Source of the DNA: a virus
Taxonomy: Duplodnaviria; Caudoviricetes
Length of the DNA: 31,211 bases
Reading direction: 5' to 3' (one strand)
Virus record (IMG/VR): IMGVR_UViG_3300032323_001405
Coordinates: 1-31,211 of that record
Shown here: piece by piece, positions 8,206 to 16,700 of the stretch
Position numbering within the stretch: position 1 is the first letter of the stretch
How the letters are laid out: each line of letters begins with the position of its first letter
Notes under the pieces: generated by a model
Told to the model about the DNA's origin: nothing
The model's database searches: none
The model's input: only the letters and a program-made list of their open reading frames with translations
Program-made: the position numbers and the translations under genes

Positions 8206-8756
8206 GCGCTGTTATATGGGCGTGCGATCCAGGGGCTGATGGCGCTTTCGTGCGTATGCAAGACTTGGCTAACTGGCGCGTGTTCTTGACGAGAAACGGC
8301 TATCGAAAAGCTTACGATTGTATGCTAGTTGATCAGTGTGAAAGCCAACGGCTAGACATATACGCCGTGTTTGAAGATTTGAACATGCGATTCGGAGATT
8401 TGAAAAAATCTAAATCGATATCCGAGATGCTTAAAAATGCAGGACGCGGGCTATGCTGTTTCGAGTTAGCTACCATAGCTGTAGAAACTGTACCCCCGAC
8501 AACCTGGCAATACCCGTTCGGTCTAGTCGGCTACGAGTACAAAGAACGAAAGAAGCTAGCCGTTAAGCTAGCGCGCTACTATTTTGGCGATGCTACCTTA
8601 GCCGATGCCGACGCCAAGCTAATCGCACTATGGAAATATTGGCAAATTAACGGTATCGAACCGCCAAGGCAACCGAAAGACGTAATAACGAAATTAACGA
8701 TCACGAAGGAAGTAAACCGCTATGGCAATGGACAATGCATCAAACCGGATAGTTAG
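8202..8756 (+). CDS. RuvC-like Holliday junction resolvase
   Basis: WACDPGADGA, AVFED, VPPTTWQ and ADAKLIA give the acidic catalytic pattern of phage RuvC-like nucleases. Confidence 0.75.
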   Translation: MSAVIWACDPGADGAFVRMQDLANWRVFLTRNGYRKAYDCMLVDQCESQRLDIYAVFEDLNMRFGDLKKSKSISEMLKNAGRGLCCFELATIAVETVPPTTWQYPFGLVGYEYKERKKLAVKLARYYFGDATLADADAKLIALWKYWQINGIEPPRQPKDVITKLTITKEVNRYGNGQCIKPDS

Positions 8757-8967
8757 GTTCCCACAACCCTTATGGGATGATATCGAGAAAGCAAGCGGAC
8801 TACAGCATAAAAGTAAATCGCAATGGATACGCGATGCTTGCGTAACAGAGTTACGAAGACAACAGGGGTCTAAAACGGATGCGGTTTTAAAACTGCTACA
8901 AGATTTTAAAGATATGGATACTGAAGACTTATTTAAGAGGCTGAACAATGAAGATAAAAACGGATAG
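8722..8967 (+). CDS. Ribbon-helix-helix DNA-binding protein
   Basis: RIVRFPQPLWDDIEKAS...SKSQWIRDAC fits the RHH (Arc/CopG) strand-helix-helix pattern. Confidence 0.72.
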   Translation: MAMDNASNRIVRFPQPLWDDIEKASGLQHKSKSQWIRDACVTELRRQQGSKTDAVLKLLQDFKDMDTEDLFKRLNNEDKNG

Positions 8968-9139
8968 CGGGTTATGGGTTGTCGAAGCCCGTAAACAGGA
9001 AGGGAAGGTCTTTAGTTTCACTATCACGTTTTACCCTGAAAACGGCGATACGCCAATGGAAGTTGTACCGCCTTGTTTCAGGATGAACGAAACAACGGAA
9101 GACGATATACGGCAACTGGTCGAAGGGTTGAATGCGTAA
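8948..9139 (+). CDS. Hypothetical protein (63 aa)
   Basis: GAGG RBS. Fills the gap between the RHH and Thg1-like genes. Confidence 0.65.
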   Translation: MKIKTDSGLWVVEARKQEGKVFSFTITFYPENGDTPMEVVPPCFRMNETTEDDIRQLVEGLNA

Positions 9140-9152
9140 CAGGGAGTGAAAC

Positions 9153-9830
9153 GTGACCACTGAAATGGAAAAACGGTTCAAGCGGTATGAGGCAGTGACA
9201 GATTTATATCTGGTGCGCCGAACGCCCGTAATTGCCAGGCTTGATGGGCGAGCATTCCATACACTGACTCGCGGTATGGAAAAACCATTCTGCGACAAGT
9301 TTATAGAAGCCATGCAATTGACAGCCTATGCAGTCGCAGGAGCAATGCAGGGATGCCGCTTGGCTTACGTGCAATCTGATGAAATCTCATTCCTCTTGAT
9401 TGACTACCACACGATTCAATCAGAGCCTTGGTTTGATTACCGAGTCAACAAAATGACATCAATAGCCGCAAGCGTTGCCACCAGGGTATTCGGTGAGAAA
9501 ATCGGGAAGCCTTGCGAGTTCGACGCTAGATTCTTCAACCTTCCAGAGAATGACGTTTGCAACTACTTCGTTTATCGCCAGAGGGATGCTGAGCGAAACT
9601 CGTTGAACATGCTTGCCCAGGCGCATTATTCGCAAAAGGAATTGCTGCGTTGTAATGCGATGGACATGCACGAGATGCTTCACCGTAAGGGCGTTAACTG
9701 GGCAAACCTGCCAGAGCACTATAAGCGAGGATGGGCGATCCATCGGGACGCAGAAGGCTACTGGATACCAGGCGCACCAGAGTTTTCAAAGGACCGAAAT
9801 TACATTGAGAGTCTTATACCGACTGTCTAA
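9153..9830 (+). CDS. tRNA(His) guanylyltransferase Thg1-like protein (3'-5' nucleotidyltransferase)
   Basis: IARLDGRAFH, AYVQSDEISF, WFDYRVNKM.S, FDAR, YFVYRQRDAERNS and NWANLP..YKRG. Catalytic carboxylates are intact. GGGAG RBS and GTG start. Confidence 0.95.
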   Translation: MTTEMEKRFKRYEAVTDLYLVRRTPVIARLDGRAFHTLTRGMEKPFCDKFIEAMQLTAYAVAGAMQGCRLAYVQSDEISFLLIDYHTIQSEPWFDYRVNKMTSIAASVATRVFGEKIGKPCEFDARFFNLPENDVCNYFVYRQRDAERNSLNMLAQAHYSQKELLRCNAMDMHEMLHRKGVNWANLPEHYKRGWAIHRDAEGYWIPGAPEFSKDRNYIESLIPTV

Positions 9831-9844
9831 CTGGGAGTTGAGCG

Positions 9845-10021
9845 ATGGAAAACCCCTTTGTGCCACCAGAGCCAACAGAGATCGATAAACTCTGGGAGTT
9901 GTTCTGGGCAGTCAATGAGTACATCAATTCTGATGGCTCGTTCGACAAGATTGATGATACGTTCCAATGGCTGAATGATTGGCTCATGGAAAACAGCGAC
10001 CCTTGCACACCTTCCCGTTGA
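9845..10021 (+). CDS. Small acidic, Trp-rich hypothetical protein (58 aa, not in the ORF track)
   Basis: GGGAG at 9833-9837, ATG 9845 and TGA 10019-10021. Translation: MENPFVPPEPTEIDKLWELFWAVNEYINSDGSFDKIDDTFQWLNDWLMENSDPCTPSR. Confidence 0.72.
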   Translation: MENPFVPPEPTEIDKLWELFWAVNEYINSDGSFDKIDDTFQWLNDWLMENSDPCTPSR

Positions 10022-10030
10022 GGCAGTTGA

Positions 10031-10267
10031 ATGAAACTGGAAATAGAGTTTGCAGAATTCAACGCTTTGAAATCAGGCTTCTTGCTCAAGAAAGTAATGC
10101 TTGGCAAATGCCCAAAGAAAGGCGACCACTTCTTGGTATTTATCAATGACGGTGAAACGCTGTCACCTGAGAACCTGATGGAATGCCAGGTTTATTCAAA
10201 AGAAATGATTGGGTGTGCGGTGCCAAAAGCCTATCGGGTGATATTCGGCTCATATCCACAGTGTTAG
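10031..10267 (+). CDS. Hypothetical protein, weakly ASCH/DUF3850-like
   Basis: GAGG RBS. The F.AL.SG...K.GD.F pattern is reminiscent of PUA-like ASCH domains, but the resemblance is weak. Confidence 0.55.
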   Translation: MKLEIEFAEFNALKSGFLLKKVMLGKCPKKGDHFLVFINDGETLSPENLMECQVYSKEMIGCAVPKAYRVIFGSYPQC

Positions 10268-10287
10268 AACATCTTACGAATAAACAG

Positions 10288-10557
10288 TTAATCCACGCCA
10301 CGATTCATTATGGCGTCAACGCTTTTAGTCAATGCTTTCTTCTGGCTTGCGCCGAACAGTACGCCGATCATAGTTACGAACGCGCCGAATATTGTAGTAA
10401 CGATTGCGGTATCCACGGATGTACGTCTTTCGTACCAGGCGGTCAACATAAGAAACGCGAAAAACGACATGACCATCAAACACAAACAGACGCCACAAAA
10501 TACAGTAAGTATGTGAAAGGCGTCTGCTTGGCGTAGTGCCGATTTCGCGTGTAGCAC
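10288..10557 (-). CDS. Two-TM membrane protein, holin-like; paralogue of 10603..10947
   Basis: Two hydrophobic segments flank AWYERRTSVDT. The start is uncertain (GTG, no RBS). Confidence 0.6.
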   Translation of the reverse strand: MLHAKSALRQADAFHILTVFCGVCLCLMVMSFFAFLMLTAWYERRTSVDTAIVTTIFGAFVTMIGVLFGASQKKALTKSVDAIMNRGVD

Positions 10558-10602
10558 TAGAGCCAGAACCGGACGAATCGGACGAAGACGAAGAATAAAT
10601 AG

Positions 10603-10947
10603 TTATTCGTTTTTATCGGTAATCGCCTTGCGCATATCTTCTAGCTTGGCTTTTACCCGCTTCGATTGTCCTACGCCATAGAGCGCCGTCATCATCATTA
10701 CCCATACGCCCATAACGGACGACCATAACATTGTATCGACGGTCGGTTTCTTTTCGTACCAAGCGGCTGCAAGAAAGAAAGCCACGAAGCCTAGCGCCGT
10801 TACGCATACGAACACAGTGCCTATTACTGTAGAGATAGCAAAACCACGTTCCCTGATTAAAAGGGCTTCCGCGTAGTTTTCTTCCAACCGGTGCAACCTA
10901 GCCCGCGTTTCTTCTGTCATCCGTTTCGGCGGTGTTTGGTCCGGCAT
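10603..10947 (-). CDS. Two-TM membrane protein, putative holin
   Basis: Two hydrophobic segments flank AWYEKKPTVDT, followed by a basic C-terminal tail. Lies downstream of the endolysin. Confidence 0.68.
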   Translation of the reverse strand: MPDQTPPKRMTEETRARLHRLEENYAEALLIRERGFAISTVIGTVFVCVTALGFVAFFLAAAWYEKKPTVDTMLWSSVMGVWVMMMTALYGVGQSKRVKAKLEDMRKAITDKNE

Positions 10948-11044
10948 GGCTATAGTTTCCCGGTGCTGGTAACGCTACTATTATCACCGTCCAGCCTAGC
11001 GAAATCAAGGCGAAAGCCAGCATTAGTACTTCTGATGGGGTCAT
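10898..11044 (-). CDS. Small single-TM protein (48 aa, not in the ORF track)
   Basis: AAGGTG RBS before ATG 11044. Translation: MTPSEVLMLAFALISLGWTVIIVALPAPGNYSHAGPNTAETDDRRNAG. Confidence 0.55.
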   Translation of the reverse strand: MTPSEVLMLAFALISLGWTVIIVALPAPGNYSHAGPNTAETDDRRNAG

Positions 11045-11094
11045 ACATCACCTTGTTTGTTAAAACTCCCTACAATCATATAGCACTTAGTCGG

Positions 11095-11661
11095 TTAAGT
11101 CACCGCTGCTATTTTGAACTTATCCACAAATTTTTTAAACTTGTCGTAGTGAGTGTAGCCGCCATTGACTAGGCGCCTTACTTTTCGCCAGCATTCTTCC
11201 TCAGGAAAAGCGTCGCTCTGGTTATAGGCGCGGTCTGCCCATACATCTAAGCCTCGTGATCGGAGGTACCAGACAAGTATTTTTACAGCCGTTTCGTCTT
11301 CTAGCGCTTTATCAGGGTTGTTAACCAAGTCGATACCTAGCGCCTTTCCGGCTTCCGTATAGTTATGGCGCCCAGTTATCTGGATAAACCCGCGCCCGCG
11401 AAACTTATAGCCGTCGCCTGGTTGAACGTTGCCTAGCGCCTTACGTCCTTCATACTTGGCAAAGTACTTAGCGTCGCCTTTTTCATGAACAGGCTTAAAT
11501 AGCCCGCATTCAACGCCAACGGTGGCAAGAACCGCAACTTGAAACGACACTTTGTTAGTGCCGGTTCGTTTCAGTTCTTCGATTATAAGCGGATAGTATT
11601 TACGCGTATTGGCTATCGGAGAGCCGATTATGTTGGTTATGTCTTCCGGCGTTATGGTCAT
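11095..11661 (-). CDS. Endolysin, glycoside hydrolase family 19 (chitinase-like)
   Basis: ATVGVECG..PVHE, YEGR..LGN.QPGDGYKFRGRGFIQITGRHNY and VRRLVNGG. Confidence 0.92.
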   Translation of the reverse strand: MTITPEDITNIIGSPIANTRKYYPLIIEELKRTGTNKVSFQVAVLATVGVECGLFKPVHEKGDAKYFAKYEGRKALGNVQPGDGYKFRGRGFIQITGRHNYTEAGKALGIDLVNNPDKALEDETAVKILVWYLRSRGLDVWADRAYNQSDAFPEEECWRKVRRLVNGGYTHYDKFKKFVDKFKIAAVT

Positions 11662-12008
11662 GCCTTAGCTTCCGGGGGCAGGATATCTACTACCTCGCCG
11701 CCTACCGCTTTCAGTTCAGCGATTTGTACAGCGGCGCCTTTCTTATCTTTGGCAAACTGTTGAACAACCCAAGCTAAGAACTTTTCCCAGTCGATCAACT
11801 TGGCTAGCTCAATCAAGAACGGCAAAGCTTTAATTACGAACGGTGCCAATTGTGCCACGTCTGATTTACCGTCCTTTGTCAAATCCAAGTCGTTCAGGAA
11901 CTTGACGAAATCTTTAGCCGGACCCCGAAACAAAAACGGAATGTCATCAAGAATCTCTTTCGGCAACTCAAACTGAAATTCCCCAGCTTCGTGTTTAACT
12001 TTACTCAC
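11658..12008 (-). CDS. Hypothetical protein with amphipathic helices, coupled to the endolysin
   Basis: Overlaps both neighbours, including an ATGA overlap with the lysin. No recognisable family. Confidence 0.7.
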   Translation of the reverse strand: MSKVKHEAGEFQFELPKEILDDIPFLFRGPAKDFVKFLNDLDLTKDGKSDVAQLAPFVIKALPFLIELAKLIDWEKFLAWVVQQFAKDKKGAAVQIAELKAVGGEVVDILPPEAKA

Positions 12009-12282
12009 TGTCCGGTACCCCTCTTATTTCTGTAAGTTCCCAATAGCCGTTGCCCTTGGTATTTTTGCTTGTCCATTGCCAACGTCGAATAACCGTTTGA
12101 TTACCGTCGTCGTCAACGTAACTAATATACACTTGATGACTGTAACCGGCAAACTGCGCTTCCGGTTGGTATACGCCGCGCGCCCATCTCGCCGCAACCA
12201 ACGCCAAGGCTACGGTGTCTTCCGGTTCTAAATCGAAATTCGGGCGTTCGTATAGATCAATCGTTGTAATGAATGATGGCAT
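12001..12282 (-). CDS. Hypothetical protein downstream of the tail fibre
   Basis: Starts 4 nt after the fibre stop codon and overlaps the next gene. Confidence 0.7.
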   Translation of the reverse strand: MPSFITTIDLYERPNFDLEPEDTVALALVAARWARGVYQPEAQFAGYSHQVYISYVDDDGNQTVIRRWQWTSKNTKGNGYWELTEIRGVPDSE

Positions 12283-12286
12283 CGTT

Positions 12287-13792
12287 TTATCTATGGCTCA
12301 TGTTTACGACGCTAACGCCAATTGACTTAACGGACGCCGTAAGCGTACGGCAGATGATAAGCCAATCGAGGAAGTCGGTAGCGTCCGGCAAGTTTGTTGT
12401 ATGGTCGGCTACCTGTACGCCGTCGATTAACGCTTTTACATGTCCGCTTTCAGACATGTCAATCGCCATCACATAATCGGTTGCTGCTGTAACGGCTACC
12501 GTTGTTGTCGTTGTTGTCGTTGTGCCCCCGGCATCACAAGTAACAAAGCGCCAGAACGCCGTACCGTCGGCGCCAGTGTCATACCGGAATGCTGCGGTAC
12601 TGCCAGTAGGCGCGCTACCTGCCCGCATGGCGTTACGCTCGTTGCAGTTGAATCCAATCCACATACGTATGTTTGTTACAGCCGCGCCGGTAAGGATACG
12701 GGTTATCCATATCGGTAAAGAGTCTCGCCTAGCCGCTAAGTCATCGGTAGTCGTGTACACGTACACGTCTTTGTTAATTGAGGCAGTCGTGGTCAACACA
12801 AGATAGCTACCGTTTGCATTGGCAGCGTCTGATGATGTACCGCTAGTTTTGGCGTTCCGGGCGCCACCGATAACGTAGGCGCCCGGTTTAGCTAGAAACC
12901 ACGTTTTCATTCCGACCGGTTTTGACGTCGGACCAAAGAACGAATCAGCGAGTACCGGCGCCGCTGGTACTGCTTGGAAAGATGCATCTACACCGGTTCC
13001 GTTACTCGTCAACACATGACCGGCTGTACTGGTTAAATCGCCAATGACTTCTAGTATCGGTTTAAAGTCGGATGGGGCGCCAGTTACACCGGCTAGCACT
13101 TCACCGTTAATGCCCGGCGCAATAGTTCCTAGTGCGGTTCCGTCTGTCGCATCCCAGTAAACTAGACCGTCTTGATCTGTTGTGCCCGGTACGGTCACGG
13201 TACCTAAATCGAGAACAGGGATACCAGTACTGACTACCCATTGCCCGCCACTGGCTTTGATGATCGTGTCATCGGCGCCAGGTGCCAAGCCACTGCCAAG
13301 AGTAGCCGGGTTATCAACTGTCCATACAGGGATTGAACCGATGGCAGGCGTACCGGTTTTCAGTACTGTACCTGACAGATCTAGTATGTCGTCGATCTGT
13401 TCTTCTAGTCCAGGAATAACCGTTTCAAGAATGAAGTTGTTTGTATTGTTCAGTTGTTGAATCTGGATTGTTGCTTTGTCTAAAGCCGTCTCGATTACTT
13501 CTGCTTTCAAGTCTTGTTGCGTGATCAAGTCTAGTTCTTGAAAGTAGTCTTCCAGTCTGTATATATGCAGTTCGTCACCGTCGTCTTGCGGGGCGTTAAG
13601 CGTTACCGTTCCACCCACCCCGTCGCTTTCAAGTACGACCGTGTAATCCGTACCGTAGGTCAGGGTTACGGCGTCTGTAATATTTACGACGACTACCGAT
13701 TCTTTTGTTATAACGCGGAATGTAAAATCGAAATCAACGGTTGAGCCGTCCGCAAAATAAGTCGTTTCGAAATCTGTTGTTGGTACGGTCAT
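12287..13792 (-). CDS. Tail fibre (T7 gp17-like N-terminal adaptor, Gly/Thr-rich shaft, C-terminal beta-rich domain)
   Basis: N-terminal YFADGSTVDFDFTF...LTYGTDYTV...IETALDKATIQIQQL, shaft motif GHVLTSNGTG, and position after the internal virion genes. Confidence 0.88.
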   Translation of the reverse strand: MTVPTTDFETTYFADGSTVDFDFTFRVITKESVVVVNITDAVTLTYGTDYTVVLESDGVGGTVTLNAPQDDGDELHIYRLEDYFQELDLITQQDLKAEVIETALDKATIQIQQLNNTNNFILETVIPGLEEQIDDILDLSGTVLKTGTPAIGSIPVWTVDNPATLGSGLAPGADDTIIKASGGQWVVSTGIPVLDLGTVTVPGTTDQDGLVYWDATDGTALGTIAPGINGEVLAGVTGAPSDFKPILEVIGDLTSTAGHVLTSNGTGVDASFQAVPAAPVLADSFFGPTSKPVGMKTWFLAKPGAYVIGGARNAKTSGTSSDAANANGSYLVLTTTASINKDVYVYTTTDDLAARRDSLPIWITRILTGAAVTNIRMWIGFNCNERNAMRAGSAPTGSTAAFRYDTGADGTAFWRFVTCDAGGTTTTTTTTVAVTAATDYVMAIDMSESGHVKALIDGVQVADHTTNLPDATDFLDWLIICRTLTASVKSIGVSVVNMSHR

Positions 13793-16700
13793 TGTTGCCC
13801 TGCCTTCTTACTACGCTCTTGTTCTACTTTCATACGCTTTAATACGAGATTGATGATCGGGGATACGTTTAGATTCTTTAGCTTCGGAACAAGTAACTGA
13901 ACAGAACGAGCGAAATACTGTCCGGCTTGTACTAAATCTTTATCGCGGTCTTTAGGCGTCTCACCTGGTTCATTTACAAATATATCGTTTACTTTATCCT
14001 GTAATTTGTAAAACGCCATACTGAGATCAAGAACAGCGGTTGACGGGGCGAAAGCGTATCCCTCGCCCTTTTCCCCGGTATATGCGTAACGGTACCAATT
14101 GCGTTGATTAGTCAACAGCATGTCCGTCATGCCCCCAAAAAACGGCATACCTGAGTCAACGCCAAGGTCTAGTACCGAACGGATTAACATATCGTCAACG
14201 GCTTCATTTACTTTCTTACTGTCCGCGCCAACTAAAGCCAAGGTGGCTATAGCCGCGCCCGCTGTCATTATCCTAAAACTGTTTTGCATGGCTTTTACGG
14301 CAAGCACCTTTTGACCGTAATCGAGAGCGTCTTCTAAATTAGCTTTACGCGCAGCGGCTTTAGCTTCTGCCGGTGTTGCGCCGCTACTGATTTGTTTTCG
14401 CACTACCGCATCGTGGATCTCGCTAGCGTTAAGCACGCGGCGTTGCGCGTCTTTCATTATCTTGGCGGATTGTACGTTTGCTTTAGTAAGCATAGTAAAC
14501 GTCGGTCCTTTCTCAAGTTCGGCTAGCGTCTTCTGGCTTTTCAACGAAGACGATTGATGTTCTTCTATAATTCTATCCGCCAGAAGTACCGCCTCTTCAT
14601 GCGGCATGTTTTGTTTTCGGAAGTGTTCATACACGGCGAAACCGCCGATTGTTGTGTGTAGGTTGTCGGGTACTTTTGTTGGCTGGCGAAACAACTCGGT
14701 AAACGTCATTTCTTTATCGAGATCGAGTAATTCGCGCGGGTCTTTCATTTCCCACGCCTCCGCTAGTTCTTGGCTAAACCCTTCACGACGAATGTATTTA
14801 GACTTAGAATCTTTCACAAACCGAGCTACGGCGGGGTCTTGTATAACTACCCGTCTTGCTGAGTCTACGATCATTGGGAAAGGAACGTATGCAGCGTAGC
14901 CCATTAACCCGGACACAAGCTGCTTGGGGAACTGCATAACGTTTCCGGTCATAACGTAGTTCGCGTATGTGTGAGCCAAAGGATCAAGATTGAATTTCTT
15001 TTCTTGAACCATTCCCATTTGATGATCACGCATACGCTTGATGTCGTTATAGAAATCAATGCCAAGAGTGTCTTTTACGGCTTGCTTAAATTCAGGATGA
15101 TCGATGGTGTGATTCAGTTGTCGCGCTTTCGCTTCCATCGCGAAATAAAATTCCATAGCCCGCGTATACGCCATGGCGCTTTTAATTAACCCCGGTCCTA
15201 GCTCGATAGCGGTCGGACCCCCTTTGGCTTCTTTCAACGATTTCGTAAAGTGCTCTTGTGCCACAAGAAACGGGGCATCGTCTATACTTGGCATACCTTC
15301 ACGCTGAACGTGCCCGCTGTACTCTGGATCTTGCGGTAAGTCTTCGCCAGTCTTTAACAGATTACCGTCACTAGCGCGCGCGTGATACGGCTTGTAATAC
15401 CGCTGCTTTATGTTTTTTATAAACTCCATATGCTCAGCGGATAGCGACGATTTGATAACGTCGTAGCTGTTATTAGGTCCGCTAAACGTATACCCTTTCG
15501 TGATCAAGCCAAGCCTGTTTTTCGGGTTTTCCATTTGCGCGAATAGTTCCATGCGGACATCATCGCTACTTTCTAACGCCGTTATCGTGGCTTCGTAAAT
15601 TTTATTTTGTTGCGCTGTTTGCGGTACGCTTCCTTGGCTGTTCTTATACTGTTCGGCTACTTGCTTAGCTTTAGCGCTTCGATGCTCAACAGTAACTAAG
15701 GCATCCAAAAGATAAGGATCAGCGTCATTCGTAAGCACTTCGTACAGGTACTTATTCATCGTTGCAACGTTCTGCCGGTAAGACATATCCTCGTCGGCAA
15801 TGCTAAGTATTTCGCCCGCCAAGTCTTTCTTATCCGTAAACTGAAGTAAAGTGTTTTTAATAGATGTCCACGGGCTATTAGCAGTTGTGCCGCCTACCGG
15901 GGATAGTTTCATCTCACCGGGAACCGGTATAACGCCTTGCATCATCCCGGTACGACCGAATAACGTAGCTTCGCGTTTCATTCCGTCCGGCGCTAATTTC
16001 GTACCGTTACGAACGGCTTCTATAACTGTTTGCGTATTCGTTTCCATCTGCTGACGCTGCGCTTGTTGAATGGTTGCGAAGTTCTGTTTTATTTGCGCAC
16101 GCTGCAACGGGGTTAACAAATTCAATTTCGGCTCTTTACGTAAACCTTTCTCGACTTGCTGTTGTTTCAATGCTTGGCGCTTAGCTGACCTGTTTGCGTA
16201 TACTTCGTTTATCAAGCCGTCAACAGACTGCGCAAACGCCGGTATCTTACCAGCGGCTCTAATAGACCCGGCGCCCGCGTAACTAGCGCCACGAACAGCC
16301 GCGCCCGCAAACGTACCGACTCGCGCGCCTTGTGCCGCTGCTTCAGCTAACCTTGGCGTTGACGATGCAATACGTAAAGCAAACGACTTGACCGCTTCTG
16401 CTATTTCGTCTTTCGTTATCGGCGGCTTGTTCGCGTGTTCAGCGAACCATTCCCCAATTACGTGCTCTAATTCAACTACCCCGGTTATAGCGCCAGCTTG
16501 TACGCCGCTCATTAGCGCTTGTGGTACAAAACTTTCTGCCATGCGTGCAAACGTTCGCTGTGTAGCCGGATTGAGTAACGCCGTTTCAAATGCTTTACCT
16601 GCCATCTTGCCGTAAGTGTGAACAGGGATAGCGTAAGTCAACCCTTCCAAGAAACCCCCGGCACTGGCTATGTCACGGGCGGTATCGTGGTCATGTCCTA

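Noticed and set aside
10268-10287. Bidirectional terminator at the convergence of the two arms
   Set aside because: The 20 nt gap contains no convincing hairpin.
10509-10598. + strand frame ending VALEPEPDESDEDEE, resembling an acidic protein tail
   Set aside because: Only 29 codons after an in-frame TAA, with no convincing start or RBS, and antisense to the membrane-protein paralogue.
12499-12523. GTT/GTC microsatellite-like run
   Set aside because: It encodes the poly-Thr strand of the fibre tip domain, which is also Thr-rich in the paralogues.
12287-13792. Diversity-generating retroelement acting on the fibre, as in BPP-1
   Set aside because: No reverse transcriptase and no near-identical TR/VR pair with adenine-specific differences. 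The paralogues differ at all base types. A DGR outside the window cannot be excluded.
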